A DNA stretch of 64,000 nucleotides from Synergistota bacterium (GCA_022839995.1 JALHIN010000014.1:2664-66663), one strand, 5' to 3'; counted from the stretch's first letter, positions 34,096-44,244 are shown. Numbers and translations are program-made. The notes: a model not told the origin generated them from the letters alone.

Positions 34096-35781
34096 ATGGT
34101 GAAGATGAAGGAAGTTTCACTGTTGTTCAAGGATCTCCTGACGGAAGCCGTACATGAATTCGCCAAGGAAAGGGGACTGCCGCCGGAGGAAGTTCCGGAA
34201 GTCCAGCTTGAACGCCCTAGACACGAAGGACAGGGAGATTGGGCCAGCAATATTGCGATGTTGATGTCCAAACCGCTCGGAATGCGGCCCAGGGATGTGG
34301 CTTCGGAGATCGTGTCAAGGATCGGGTCCGATCCGCACCTGGAGAAGATCGAAGTTGCCGGCCCCGGTTTCATCAACTTCTTCGTGACGAACCTTTGGGT
34401 CCGTGATGTCCTTGAAGCCGCGGTGATCGGGCGCGAAAACTATGGACGCTCCACTCAGGGGAAAGGCCGGAAGGTCCAGGTCGAGTTCGTGAGCGCGAAT
34501 CCGACGGGACCCCTTCACGTGGGACACGGAAGGGGGGCAGCCGTCGGGGACATGACGGCAAGCCTCCTCGAATACGCGGGCTGGCAGGTTGAGAGGGAAT
34601 ATTACATCAACGACGCAGGGCTTCAGATGAACCTCCTGGGGCAATCCACCCAGGCCCGGTATTTCGAGATCCTGGGGTTCCCCGAAAAGGCCCCCTTCCC
34701 GGAGAACGGCTACAAGGGAGACTACATCTACGATTTGGCAAGGGAGGTCCTGGAAAGGGACGGTAAGGTCCACCTCGATGTCCCCCTGGAGGAAAGCTTC
34801 CCGGTATTCCAGGAGCACGCCGCGAGAACCATCCTGGAAGGAATTCGAGAGGATCTTTCCCGTTTTGGCGTGAACTTCGACGTATGGTTCTCCGAAAAGT
34901 CGCTTTACGAAAAAGGCCTGGTCGAATCGGCATTGAGCTTTTTGAAGGCACGTGGCCATGCCTACGAGAAGGACGGAGCTCTTTGGTTCAGGACGACGGC
35001 TTTCGGGGATGACAAGGACAGGGTCCTGGTCAGGAGCAACGGCGTGACTACCTATTTCGCTTCGGATGTCGCCTATCACAAGGACAAGTTCGATCGGGGC
35101 TTTGATCTCGTGATTGACGTCTGGGGCGCGGACCACCACGGCTATGTCCCGAGGATGAAGGCTGCAGTCGAGGCTCTAGGCAAGGAACGGGAAGCTCTCC
35201 AGATTCTGCTGATCCAGTTCGTGAACCTCCTTCGGGGAGGGCAGCAGGTCTCGATGTCGACCCGATCGGGAGAATTCGTCACGCTGAAAGAAGTCCTCGA
35301 CGAGGTCGGAGTGGACGCGGCCCGGTTTTTCTTCGCCATGCGAAGGTGCGACAGTCACCTGGATTTCGATCTCGAACTGGCAAAGAAAGCTTCCACGGAC
35401 AACCCGGTTTTCTACGTGCAGTATGCCCACGCGCGGATCCAAAGCATCATGAGGGAAGCCGCCTCCAGGAACATGGGCATCCCGGATCCCTCCGGCGTAG
35501 ACGTCAACCTTCTCGTCGAACCGGAAGAAAAGGCCCTCGCGAAACGGATCGCCCGCTTCCCCGAAGAGGTCGAGAAAGCAGCTTCCGAGCTTGCGGCGCA
35601 CCGGATCGCGTTTTTTGCCTATGACCTGGCCGCGGATTTCCACGCTTTCTACAACGCCCACCGGGTCCTCGGAGTGGAGGAGCCCGTGTCGAAAGCAAGG
35701 CTATGTCTCGTGGAAGCGACGCGGGTTGCCCTGACGAACGCATTGGCCATCCTGCGGGTGCAAGCACCGGAAAGGATGTAG
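34096..35781 (+). CDS. argS: arginine--tRNA ligase
   Basis: SANPTGPLHVGHGRGA (HIGH), VSMSTRSG (KMSKS-like) and a C-terminal anticodon-binding domain ending ...APERM. An alternative start is at 34105. Confidence 0.9.
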   Translation: MVKMKEVSLLFKDLLTEAVHEFAKERGLPPEEVPEVQLERPRHEGQGDWASNIAMLMSKPLGMRPRDVASEIVSRIGSDPHLEKIEVAGPGFINFFVTNLWVRDVLEAAVIGRENYGRSTQGKGRKVQVEFVSANPTGPLHVGHGRGAAVGDMTASLLEYAGWQVEREYYINDAGLQMNLLGQSTQARYFEILGFPEKAPFPENGYKGDYIYDLAREVLERDGKVHLDVPLEESFPVFQEHAARTILEGIREDLSRFGVNFDVWFSEKSLYEKGLVESALSFLKARGHAYEKDGALWFRTTAFGDDKDRVLVRSNGVTTYFASDVAYHKDKFDRGFDLVIDVWGADHHGYVPRMKAAVEALGKEREALQILLIQFVNLLRGGQQVSMSTRSGEFVTLKEVLDEVGVDAARFFFAMRRCDSHLDFDLELAKKASTDNPVFYVQYAHARIQSIMREAASRNMGIPDPSGVDVNLLVEPEEKALAKRIARFPEEVEKAASELAAHRIAFFAYDLAADFHAFYNAHRVLGVEEPVSKARLCLVEATRVALTNALAILRVQAPERM

Positions 35782-35787
35782 TTCCGT

Positions 35788-36093
35788 TTGGTCAGGCTGC
35801 GCTGGGTTTTGGCAGCGGCCGTTCTCGGCGTGACCCTCGCGATCATCGGAACCGGAACCGTAATTGAATTGCGGAGGGCTAGCCGGCTGAAGTCCATGGT
35901 GGACGCCCGAATGGAGGAACTGGTAAAGTTGAGCCGAACGGTCCAGGACCTACAGGAACGTCTCCGGTACCTGCAAAGCCCGGAGGGAGTGGCCAGAAAG
36001 GCGAGACAGGACTTTAACCTTGTTTTTCCGGGTGAAAGGATTTACCGGATTGAGATCGAGTCGGGGGATCGGTTGCCGTCACAAGGCCCATGA
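35788..36093 (+). CDS. septum formation initiator family protein (FtsB/DivIC-like)
   Basis: N-terminal TM helix, a coiled coil, and C-terminal PEGVARKARQDFNLVFPGERIYRI, typical of the family. Confidence 0.65.
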   Translation: MVRLRWVLAAAVLGVTLAIIGTGTVIELRRASRLKSMVDARMEELVKLSRTVQDLQERLRYLQSPEGVARKARQDFNLVFPGERIYRIEIESGDRLPSQGP

Positions 36094-36101
36094 GGTATAA
36101 T
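36073..36101 (+). promoter_or_regulatory. sigma-70 promoter of rpsF-ssb-rpsR
   Basis: TTGCCG (36073-36078), 17 nt, TATAAT (36096-36101). It lies inside and just after the 3' end of the preceding gene. Confidence 0.55.
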
Positions 36102-36118
36102 CAATCCTCGTGTTCCCT

Positions 36119-36140
36119 GCCCCTCCGGTGTGGGAGGGGC
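36119..36140 (+). promoter_or_regulatory. 5'-UTR hairpin upstream of rpsF (candidate S6:S18 autoregulatory leader)
   Basis: GCCCCTCC, loop GGTGTG, GGAGGGGC (8 bp), between the -10 element and the RBS GGGAGGAGG. Confidence 0.35.
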
Positions 36141-36168
36141 CATAGTCCAAAGGGAGGAGGTGATCCAG

Positions 36169-36450
36169 GTGCGACCTTACGATTTGATGCTTCTGCTCCG
36201 GACCGATGTCGAAGACCACAAGGCCTTTTTGGACGACGTCCAGGCTCTGGTCGGAACGTTGGGAGGGGAAGTGGCGAAGGTCGACGTCTGGGGAAAGAGG
36301 AGGCTTGCCTATCCTGTCGAAAAGGAACAGGAAGGCTTCTACGCCATCTTCAACATGAAGCTCGATCCTGCCCAGGTCGTCGAACTCGACCGGGTTCTCA
36401 AGCTTCGTCCCCAGGTCCTGCGGCATATGGTCATCCGTCTTGACGAATAG
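36169..36450 (+). CDS. rpsF: 30S ribosomal protein S6
   Basis: GTG start 8 nt after GGGAGGAGG. RPYDLMLLLRTDVE...WGKRRLAYPVEK...GFYAIFNM is canonical S6. Confidence 0.9.
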   Translation: MRPYDLMLLLRTDVEDHKAFLDDVQALVGTLGGEVAKVDVWGKRRLAYPVEKEQEGFYAIFNMKLDPAQVVELDRVLKLRPQVLRHMVIRLDE

Positions 36451-36458
36451 GAAGGACG

Positions 36459-36944
36459 GTGGTCGGGTTGGCAAGAGGTTTCAACAAAGTGGTCCTCATG
36501 GGCAATTTGGCCCGTGACCCAGAGATCCGTTATACCGCTGCGAAACAGGCTGTCGCGAAGCTTACCGTGGCCGTCGGTCACCAGTACAAGGGAAAGACCG
36601 GCGAGGTCGTCGACCAGACCGACTTTATTCCCGTGGTCGTCTGGGGAAGCCAGGCGGAGAACTGCGAGAGGTACCTTCGGAAAGGCAGGCCTGTGCTTGT
36701 CGAGGGGAGGCTTCAGGTCCGGAGCTACGAGACGAAAGAGGGGGAAAAACGGACGGTCACCGAGGTCGTTTCCCAGAATGTCGTTTTCCTGGGAGGCCGC
36801 CGGGATGAAGATTCCGCTATGCCCTCCGTCCCGAGGACAAACGGTCAACTCTCCAGCCTGAGAGAGGAAAAGGCCTTCGAAGACTTCCCCATGGATATCA
36901 CGGAGATGGATTCCGGCGAAGAAGAGGCCGAAATCCCCTTTTAG
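36459..36944 (+). CDS. ssb: single-stranded DNA-binding protein
   Basis: FNKVVLMGNLARDPEIRYT identifies the OB fold. The acidic tail ends EEEAEIPF. Confidence 0.9.
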   Translation: MVGLARGFNKVVLMGNLARDPEIRYTAAKQAVAKLTVAVGHQYKGKTGEVVDQTDFIPVVVWGSQAENCERYLRKGRPVLVEGRLQVRSYETKEGEKRTVTEVVSQNVVFLGGRRDEDSAMPSVPRTNGQLSSLREEKAFEDFPMDITEMDSGEEEAEIPF

Positions 36945-36986
36945 CCGCCTCTTGCGAGATGTTGAGGAAAAGGAGGCATTTGACGG

Positions 36987-37220
36987 ATGGCTTTTACGAA
37001 AAAAAGGACACGGCGTCGTCCGAAAGTCTGCCAGTTCTGTGCGGATAAGTTGGACCACGTCGATCCGAAGGATATCGAAAAACTGCGTCGATTCATCACC
37101 GAACGCGGAAAGATCGTTCCCCGCCGCGTTACGGGGAATTGTGCAAAACACCAGAGGCAGTTGACTCGGGCGATCAAGTGTGCACGAATCATGGCCCTTC
37201 TCCCGTTCTCAGCCGACTAG
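36987..37220 (+). CDS. rpsR: 30S ribosomal protein S18
   Basis: [55 protein letters not shown] is canonical S18. Confidence 0.95.
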   Translation: MAFTKKRTRRRPKVCQFCADKLDHVDPKDIEKLRRFITERGKIVPRRVTGNCAKHQRQLTRAIKCARIMALLPFSAD

Positions 37221-37248
37221 TCGGCCCGGGGAGGTTGGCGGAAAGGTA

Positions 37249-37283
37249 GGGGAGGGGCGCTAGGCGGCTCCTCCCCCTTTTTT
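37249..37283 (+). terminator. rho-independent terminator after rpsR
   Basis: GGGGAGGGGC...GCTCCTCCCC stem (~10 bp) followed by TTTTTT (37278-37283). Confidence 0.7.
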
Positions 37284-37300
37284 GAAACGGGAGGCCCTCA

Positions 37301-38257
37301 ATGACCCGAACAAAGGCACTTGTCGAGTCTTCGCTTCTTGTCGCGCTTGCTGTCGTTCTTTTCCTGGCGAGCAACACGATCCCGATCGTCGGCATCGCCT
37401 TCACCTTTCTATGTCCAGCCCCCCTGGTCGTCCTAGGATTACGGCATAGCCTGGGAAGGGCCGCGCTGGGGTCTGTCGTTGCGACCCTGATCGTTTCGAT
37501 CTTCCTGGGATTCGTCGGCGGCTTGTTTTTCCTCTTCGGTTTCGCGGTTCTTGGCGTCGCGCTCGGAGCCCTGGGAAAAAAGAGGGAGAACGCCGTGGAA
37601 ATCGCACTGTACGGGATTCTTGTTTCCCTTGCCAGCAAATTGGTCCTGATGGTGCTTTTGACCCGGCTGACGGGGGTGAACCCTTTTTCCCTCGATACAG
37701 CAGAATTCGATACGATCCTTGAACGGGTCATGTCTCTCTACTCGAAAACAGGCCTGATTCCCAAGGAGTCCCTTTCTGCGATGCGCCAGCAGTTCGAAGC
37801 GACCTTTCGATTCATTCCGCAGGTGTTCCCGGCCCTTCTCACGATCGCCGCATCCATCGACAGCGTCCTGAGCTATGCCGTGAGCCGAACGGTCCTCATG
37901 CGGCTCGGTCGTGGAGTCCTTCCGCCGCTTCCGCCGTTCGGCGAGTGGCGTTTCCCAAGGAACATCTTCTGGGCTCTCCTCGCTTCCGCAATCCTGCCTT
38001 TTCTGGGGGGAAGCGGCCACTGGGGAGATCTCCTGCAAAGGGTCGGGGTCAACCTTCGCCTTCTCGTTTCCCTGCTTTTCCTGGTCCAGGGAGTTTCCGT
38101 TGCCTGGGCGCTCTTGGGCAGGACGAGGTTCTCCAGCAGAATCGCGCGAGGCCTTATAATTTTCGTGGCGATCCTGGTTCCGATTCTTTCCTACCTGCTG
38201 ATGATCGTCGGACTGGTCGATATCTGGTGGGATCTTCGAGCCCGCCTCTGGAGGTGA
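37301..38257 (+). CDS. YybS-like (DUF2232) polytopic membrane protein
   Basis: Multi-TM protein in the position YybS occupies in the Bacillus rpsR-yybS-(gdpP)-rplI-dnaC arrangement. The call rests on synteny and topology only. Confidence 0.6.
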   Translation: MTRTKALVESSLLVALAVVLFLASNTIPIVGIAFTFLCPAPLVVLGLRHSLGRAALGSVVATLIVSIFLGFVGGLFFLFGFAVLGVALGALGKKRENAVEIALYGILVSLASKLVLMVLLTRLTGVNPFSLDTAEFDTILERVMSLYSKTGLIPKESLSAMRQQFEATFRFIPQVFPALLTIAASIDSVLSYAVSRTVLMRLGRGVLPPLPPFGEWRFPRNIFWALLASAILPFLGGSGHWGDLLQRVGVNLRLLVSLLFLVQGVSVAWALLGRTRFSSRIARGLIIFVAILVPILSYLLMIVGLVDIWWDLRARLWR

Positions 38258-38262
38258 AAAGG

Positions 38263-38709
38263 ATGAAAGTGATCCTGAAAGAAGACGTGAGCAAGATCGG
38301 GAAAAAAGGGGATTTGGTCGAGGTTTCAGACGGTTATGCCAGGAACTACCTGTTCCCCCGGGGATTGGCCGAAGAAGCGACGGTAGGACGGCAGAAGGAA
38401 TGGGAGGCGAGGAAAAAGGAACTTGCGCAGAAGGCAAACCGGGCGGAAAAGGCTGCGCATGAAGCGAGGAGGAACCTGCAGGGCAAGCAGGTGACGGTGA
38501 AGGCCAGCGCCGGAGATTCGGGAAAGCTGTTCGGCAGCGTCACGGCCGCGACGCTCGCCAGGGCGATCGAAGAACAGCTCCATGTCGCGGTTGACAAGAA
38601 GGACATCCGGATTGCGGAGGCCATTCGGCAGGTAGGGCGCTACCCGCTGACCGTCCGGCTATACTCGAACGTCGAGGCGGAATTGAGCGTTTTGGTGGAG
38701 GCAGAGTGA
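38263..38709 (+). CDS. rplI: 50S ribosomal protein L9
   Basis: [38 protein letters not shown] is canonical L9. GGAGGTGA serves as RBS. Confidence 0.9.
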   Translation: MKVILKEDVSKIGKKGDLVEVSDGYARNYLFPRGLAEEATVGRQKEWEARKKELAQKANRAEKAAHEARRNLQGKQVTVKASAGDSGKLFGSVTAATLARAIEEQLHVAVDKKDIRIAEAIRQVGRYPLTVRLYSNVEAELSVLVEAE

Positions 38710-38710
38710 A

Positions 38711-40057
38711 GTGCTGAAAAACGCCTTTGAGAGGATCCCGCCCCATAGCCTGGAAGCGGAAAGAGCCGTGCTTGGCGCCTGCCTGCTGGATCGGGATGCC
38801 CTTCTTCTCGTGACGGAAACCCTCTCGGGGGAAGATTTCTACGAAACCCGGCATCGCCTGGCATTCGAATTGATTCTCGATATGGCGCGGAAAGACAAAC
38901 CTGTCGATCCGCTGACGGTCTGGGAGGAAATCTCGAGGAGGGAGATGGCGGACCGCCTCGGTGGGCAGGGCTTCATCGCGGGACTGATCGACACGGTTCC
39001 GACCATCGCCAACGTGGAATACCATACCCGAATCGTCAGGGACAAGTCGGTTCATCGAAAGCTGGTCCAGGTCGGAAGCGACATCGTAAAACTCGGGTAC
39101 GCCGAAGATCGTGAAATGGAAGACATCCTCGACGAAGCCGAGAGGTCCGTTTTCGAAATCACCCGCCGCGGGGGAGAACGGAATTTCCGACACATCGGGG
39201 ACATCCTTGGAACAGCCTTCCAGCAGATTGAAACGCATTACCAGCAACAGGAACCGGTTACCGGTATCTCATCCGGCTTTATCGATTTCGACAGGCTTAC
39301 CGCCGGTTTCCAGCCGGGTAGCCTCAACATCATCGCCGCGCGCCCCTCGATGGGGAAAACGGCCCTCGCATTGAACATCGCCCAGCATGCGGCTCTCGAA
39401 AGGAAAAAGCCGGTTCTCGTCTTCAGTCTCGAGATGGGGGGCGAACAACTCGCGCAACGAATGCTGGCTTCCGAGGCGCGGGTCAATGTTCATGACCTGA
39501 GGACGGGAACGTTCCATGAAAGTGCCTGGGAAGCCCTGGCGGATGCAGCGGGGCGTCTGTCCCAGGCCCCGATTTACATCGACGACAGTTCGGTGCTATC
39601 GACCCTTGAACTGCGTGCACGGTGCCGTCGGTTCAAGGCTAGAACGAACGACGTGGGCATGGTCGTCGTAGACTACCTTCAATTGATGCACCTGCCGCGA
39701 CCGACAGACAGCAAGCAGCAGGAGGTAGCGGAAATTTCCCGGGCCCTAAAGGGAATCGCAAGGGAACTGGAGGTCCCGATCATCGCGCTTTCACAGCTTT
39801 CCCGGGCCGTCGAGCAGCGGCAGGACAAGCGGCCGCAACTTTCCGACCTTCGGGATAGCGGTGCGATCGAACAGGACGCGGACTTGGTCATCCTCCTTTT
39901 CAGGCCAGGGTATTACTCTACAAACCCGGAGGAAGAAGACAACATCGCCGAGGCGATCATCGCCAAGCACCGGAACGGCCCGACGGGGACCGTCCCCCTG
40001 GTTTTCATCCGGGAATACACCCGTTTTGTGAGCGCTGAAAGATTCCGCCCATCCTAG
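38711..40057 (+). CDS. dnaB: replicative DNA helicase
   Basis: PPHSLEAERAVLGACLL, Walker A AARPSMGKTA, and LSQLSRAVEQR...LSDLRDSGAIEQDAD. Confidence 0.95.
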   Translation: MLKNAFERIPPHSLEAERAVLGACLLDRDALLLVTETLSGEDFYETRHRLAFELILDMARKDKPVDPLTVWEEISRREMADRLGGQGFIAGLIDTVPTIANVEYHTRIVRDKSVHRKLVQVGSDIVKLGYAEDREMEDILDEAERSVFEITRRGGERNFRHIGDILGTAFQQIETHYQQQEPVTGISSGFIDFDRLTAGFQPGSLNIIAARPSMGKTALALNIAQHAALERKKPVLVFSLEMGGEQLAQRMLASEARVNVHDLRTGTFHESAWEALADAAGRLSQAPIYIDDSSVLSTLELRARCRRFKARTNDVGMVVVDYLQLMHLPRPTDSKQQEVAEISRALKGIARELEVPIIALSQLSRAVEQRQDKRPQLSDLRDSGAIEQDADLVILLFRPGYYSTNPEEEDNIAEAIIAKHRNGPTGTVPLVFIREYTRFVSAERFRPS

Positions 40058-40082
40058 GGCAGAACGGGGGCCGGAGAGTTCC

Positions 40083-41954
40083 ATGAATAGAAATCACCCA
40101 GAAACCCGGGGATCCTTTCCCACCAGTCCCAGCAGAAACAGCAAGGAGAATTTCTCGGCAGGGTTCCTTCCGGAATGGCTCTTCTATCCGTTGATCACCG
40201 TGTCGTTGGTGATCCCGAACCTGGTTTTTGCCCCGGGTGCCTTTTTTTCCCAGTCCCTCCACCTTTTGAAGTGGGTCACCGCCTTTACGCCGATCGCGAT
40301 CCTCGCCTTTGCTGCGGGGCTATCGATCGTAGCCGCCCCGAAGGACAGGGGGGAGTTCAGGGTCGATCCCCTCGGATGGCTCTGGCTCTTCCTCCTTCTT
40401 TACGTCACTGCGCAGCCTCTCTGGGTAAGGGTGACCTCCGTACCCACTTTCGTCCGGGAGTGGCTGTTCTTTGCCAGTCTTTTCATCACCGCCATTCTCT
40501 GTTCAAACATGTTCCGGCGGAGGGACATGATGATGCTGGTCCTTTTCGGAGCGGGAATGAACGCGGCCCTGAACGTCCTTTTTGCGGAGCTGCAGGTACG
40601 GTCGGTTCGGCTTCCTTTCTTCATCCTGCCCGTGCCGGGCAATTACGTGGGGAACACCGGCCAGCAGAACATGCTCGGCATTTGGGTGGCGATGGCGGTC
40701 CTTTCCGGACTTGCACTGCACCTGATGCTGCTGGAGGAGAGGGCAAAAGGGCACCGGCAGAATTCCTCGGCAATTTTCGTCGGCATGAACCTGTCGGTCC
40801 TGGCGGTCAACTCCTGGGGAGTTTTTTCGACGACGAGTCGCCAAAGCCTCCTGGCACTTTTGGTCGGGATCACGGTGTTCCTGCTAGCCGGGGGAAGGCT
40901 GAGGGGAAAAGACTTCGTCCGGTCGATGATCCCCGGTTTGCTTGTCATCGCGCTGGCCATGGGTGCCGCCTATCAGTTCAACACAGGGCGCACGCAGGCT
41001 TTCGTGGAAAAGGCCGAGAGCCTCGCGAAAGGCGCGATCGGCGAAAAAGGCGAACTGTCGGAGGCCGATTCCGGGCGGCTGAGCATCTACGCGACGGCCC
41101 TCACGATGCTGAAGGAACACCCCCTTGGGGGTGTTGGATTGGGGCATTTCAAATGGAACTACCTGGATGCCCAGCGTGAACTTTTCCGGCGCTACCCCGA
41201 TTCGAAACTGAAATGGCAATACACGATGTGGGCTCACAGCGAAATGCTGCAATGGTTCTGTGAAACGGGAATCATCGGCGGGATTTTCCTTTTGGCCATC
41301 CTTTCCTGGTGTGCCCTACGGGTGCTGAAGGCGATAAGGTCAAAGAAGGAGGTCTCGCTGGAAGGGCTATGGTCCGTGGGGATGCTGACGCTGATCTGGA
41401 CGGTCGCCCTTTGGGGGGAAAGGCCGTTTCACAGGATCGAGGACGCTCTTTGGATGAGCCTGGCGTTTTCGTTCCTGGGCCGGGAGTTCCTTCCAAGGGA
41501 TTTTGCCTGGGCCGAAATCCGGCGCCCGTTGATCTGGAAAGGTTTCGGAATAACGGTCGCCGTGATCGCCCTGGCCGGGCTCGTGCTGCTGGGAAAAGGT
41601 GTTGTGGCGGACCATGCTCTCGCTATGGCTTTGCAGACCCGGGACGCCCAGGTGCAGAAATCGCTGATCGACCGGGCGGCTGGAAGCCTGCTGTTCAGGG
41701 ATCTTGCTGACCGTGCCTACGCGGAACACTATCTTGCCGTGGCGGTGGCTAGACGGGACGGGGAAGCCCTCGCAGAAGGACTCGCAAGGCTCGAAAACTA
41801 TTTCTTCAGGCAGCCGCAGACAAGGGAACTGAACGTGCTGATCGGTTGGTACGGGCGCCTTGGGAGCAGGGAAAAACTCGAGCTGTTCACCTCGTACCTG
41901 AAGCCTGGATCCTACTCGGTCCAGCCCGTCGAGGCCCTTTCTTCAGCGCCGTAA
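40083..41954 (+). CDS. O-antigen ligase (Wzy_C) family membrane protein with helical-repeat C-terminal extension
   Basis: >=10 hydrophobic helices. SGRLSIYATAL...HPLGGVGLGHF...WAHSEMLQWFCETGIIGG fits the Wzy_C/WaaL-type loop motif (H-x-x-x-L-Q-x-x-x-E-x-G). Confidence 0.7.
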   Translation: MNRNHPETRGSFPTSPSRNSKENFSAGFLPEWLFYPLITVSLVIPNLVFAPGAFFSQSLHLLKWVTAFTPIAILAFAAGLSIVAAPKDRGEFRVDPLGWLWLFLLLYVTAQPLWVRVTSVPTFVREWLFFASLFITAILCSNMFRRRDMMMLVLFGAGMNAALNVLFAELQVRSVRLPFFILPVPGNYVGNTGQQNMLGIWVAMAVLSGLALHLMLLEERAKGHRQNSSAIFVGMNLSVLAVNSWGVFSTTSRQSLLALLVGITVFLLAGGRLRGKDFVRSMIPGLLVIALAMGAAYQFNTGRTQAFVEKAESLAKGAIGEKGELSEADSGRLSIYATALTMLKEHPLGGVGLGHFKWNYLDAQRELFRRYPDSKLKWQYTMWAHSEMLQWFCETGIIGGIFLLAILSWCALRVLKAIRSKKEVSLEGLWSVGMLTLIWTVALWGERPFHRIEDALWMSLAFSFLGREFLPRDFAWAEIRRPLIWKGFGITVAVIALAGLVLLGKGVVADHALAMALQTRDAQVQKSLIDRAAGSLLFRDLADRAYAEHYLAVAVARRDGEALAEGLARLENYFFRQPQTRELNVLIGWYGRLGSREKLELFTSYLKPGSYSVQPVEALSSAP

Positions 41955-41978
41955 CCCCGGGAAACGAACCGGGGTTAC
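41951..41978. terminator. hairpin between convergent genes
   Basis: GTAACCCCGG, loop GAAACGAA, CCGGGGTTAC (10 bp). It includes the TAA stop at 41952-41954. No U-tract is present. Confidence 0.45.
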
Positions 41979-41998
41979 GGCGTCCAGGAGAAGCCGGG

Positions 41999-44113
41999 CT
42001 AGAAGATCAAAAGGAGTTCGCGGTAACGGGGGAAGGGCCAGAAGTCGTTTCCGACAGTGTTTTCGGCCGTATCGCAGAGGCTCCTGATTTCGCCCATCAG
42101 CGCCAGCCCTTCATTGGTTACGGCTTCCACCCCTTCCTCGAGGCTCAGGGAGGCGAGTTTCGAGCGTAAGGCTTGCGCACGATCGCAGGCTGCGACAAGT
42201 TTTTCCCGTATCCTGGCCAGGTCGGCGATTTTTTCCCTGAAATGGGGCATTTCTTCGGAAAGCGTTTCGATGACACCCCTGTAGGTTTTCAGGTCGAGCT
42301 CGAGCTGGCGGGTGATTGCGGGGAGAATCCCTTCCCTGACCATGGATTCCAAGACTCCGAGCTCGATTTCGCGCGATTTCAGGTACCGCTCGACCTGGAT
42401 CTCGTAAAAAGCCGAAACTTCCCGGTAGGACATGATTTTCAGGCTTGAAAGGAGCTCGCGGTTTTCCGGAACGAGGTAGTAGGAAAGAGCCTCAGGAGTG
42501 GAATAGGCCACGGGCAATCCTCGTTTGACCGCTTCCCGGGCCCATTCTTCAGAGTAGCAGTTGCCGTCGAAGCGGACATTTCGGCTTTCTTTCGCCGCAA
42601 AACGGATTGCCTCCAGGGCAGCTTCCGAAACTTCGACTCCATCCCCCAGGCGGTTTTCGATCAGGATCGTCATTTGCTCAAGGCCCCATGCCCAGGCTGC
42701 CATCAGCATGGTCACCGGACCTGCGAGGGACTGTGAAGCCCCGGTTCCCCTGAACTCGAATTTGTTGCCGGTAAAGGCGATCGGGGCGGTCCGGTTCCGA
42801 TCCGTGTTGTCCGCCTTGATTTCCGGCAGCCGGTTCAGGCCCAGGTCTATGGACCCTTTTGACGGAATGGACTCGGGGAGTCCTTCCTCGATCCGGTCGA
42901 GGATTCGGTTCAGGACTTCCCCCAGGTAGACGCTCATGATGGCCGGAGGTGCCTCGTTGCCTCCCAGGCGGTACATGTTTCCAGGCGAAGCGATGGAAGC
43001 CCGCAACAGGCTTCCGTACCGCGACAGCCCCAAAAGGAAGGCGCCAAGGAAGGTCAAAAACTGGATGCTTCGTTTCTGGGTGCCGGACGGAGACAGGAGG
43101 TTTCTACCCTCGCTGTCCATTAACGAAAAGTTCGTGTGCTTCCCGCTGCCGTTGAGTCCCGCGAAGGGCTTTTCATGCAGCATCAGCCGAAGGTCATGGC
43201 GACGGGCAAAACGCTTCATTACTGCCATCATCAGCTGGTTCTGGTCATTCGCAAGGTTCGCTTCGGAAAACTCCGGCGCAAACTCGAACTGGCAGGGGGC
43301 GACTTCGTTATGGCGCGTCTTGATTGCGATCCCGAGGCGGGCAAGCTCGTTTTCGACATCTTCCATATAGGCTAGGACCTTTGGGTGGATGGTCCCGAAA
43401 TAGTGATCCTCCATCTGTTGTCCCTTCGGGGGCTGCGCGCCGCACAGCGTGTGGCCGCAGAAGATGATGTCGGGGCGGAGACGGGCCTTGGATTCGTTGA
43501 CAAGGAAGAATTCCTGTTCGGCTCCGACGGTGGCTTTCACCCAGCGAACCCCTCGGTTTCCGAAAAGGCGCAAGAGCCGCAGTGCGCGGCTTTCGATCGC
43601 GGTGAGGGATTTCAGGAGGGGGGTCTTCAGGTCCAGGGGGGTTCCGTCATAGGAAATGAAGATGGAGGGGATGCAAAGCGTCCCTCCTTTTTCCGTCTGG
43701 ACGACGAACGCCGGGCTGGAAGGATCCCATGCGGTGTAGCCACGGGCCTCAAACGTAGACCGCATCCCGCCCGAAGGCAATGAGGAAGCGTCCGGTTCGC
43801 TCTGGATCAGTTCGCTTCCCGTGAAGGATTCCAGGGGCGTCCCTTCCAGGTCGAGGGACAAAAAGGCCATGTGCTTTTCCGCCGTTTTTTCCGTCCGGGG
43901 GTGAAACCAGTGCGTGTAGTGGGTTGCTCCCTTGGAAAGAGCCCATTCCTTCATTGCCGAGGCCACAATATCGGCGACTCCTGCATCGATTTTCTCCCCG
44001 GTATCGACCGCCGCCATCAGCTGGGCAAACACGTCTTTCGGAAGGCGTTCCCGCATGGCCTTTCGGTTAAAGACAAGTTCCCCGAACGTTGAAGATGGTC
44101 GTAGTTCCATCAT
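41999..44113 (-). CDS. glnN: glutamine synthetase type III
   Basis: ~704 aa. The N-terminus FGELVFNRKAMRERLPKDVF...THYTHWFHPRT and NGSGKHTNFS are typical of GSIII. GGGGGGAG lies 6 nt before the ATG at 44113. Confidence 0.9.
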   Translation of the reverse strand: MMELRPSSTFGELVFNRKAMRERLPKDVFAQLMAAVDTGEKIDAGVADIVASAMKEWALSKGATHYTHWFHPRTEKTAEKHMAFLSLDLEGTPLESFTGSELIQSEPDASSLPSGGMRSTFEARGYTAWDPSSPAFVVQTEKGGTLCIPSIFISYDGTPLDLKTPLLKSLTAIESRALRLLRLFGNRGVRWVKATVGAEQEFFLVNESKARLRPDIIFCGHTLCGAQPPKGQQMEDHYFGTIHPKVLAYMEDVENELARLGIAIKTRHNEVAPCQFEFAPEFSEANLANDQNQLMMAVMKRFARRHDLRLMLHEKPFAGLNGSGKHTNFSLMDSEGRNLLSPSGTQKRSIQFLTFLGAFLLGLSRYGSLLRASIASPGNMYRLGGNEAPPAIMSVYLGEVLNRILDRIEEGLPESIPSKGSIDLGLNRLPEIKADNTDRNRTAPIAFTGNKFEFRGTGASQSLAGPVTMLMAAWAWGLEQMTILIENRLGDGVEVSEAALEAIRFAAKESRNVRFDGNCYSEEWAREAVKRGLPVAYSTPEALSYYLVPENRELLSSLKIMSYREVSAFYEIQVERYLKSREIELGVLESMVREGILPAITRQLELDLKTYRGVIETLSEEMPHFREKIADLARIREKLVAACDRAQALRSKLASLSLEEGVEAVTNEGLALMGEIRSLCDTAENTVGNDFWPFPRYRELLLIF

Positions 44114-44244
44114 CGTGTTCTCCCCCCTTGCTCTGTGATGGAACATAAATAGCAGAAAGAAAGCAATAATGCAACTGCGAAACTATCATAGACCATTAAA
44201 ATGGCTGTTTTAATAACAAAGAAGGCTTCTTCTGTCCCTATATG

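Noticed and set aside
44114-44244. AT-rich 130-bp region upstream of glnN, inspected for a sigma-54 promoter (TGGCAC-N5-TTGCA), a GlnR/TnrA site (TGTNA-N7-TNACA) or a glutamine riboswitch.
   Set aside because: A TTGCA is present, but no GG lies at the correct -24 spacing. TGTTATTAAAACAGCCA fails the right half-site. I recognised no riboswitch-like conserved structure.
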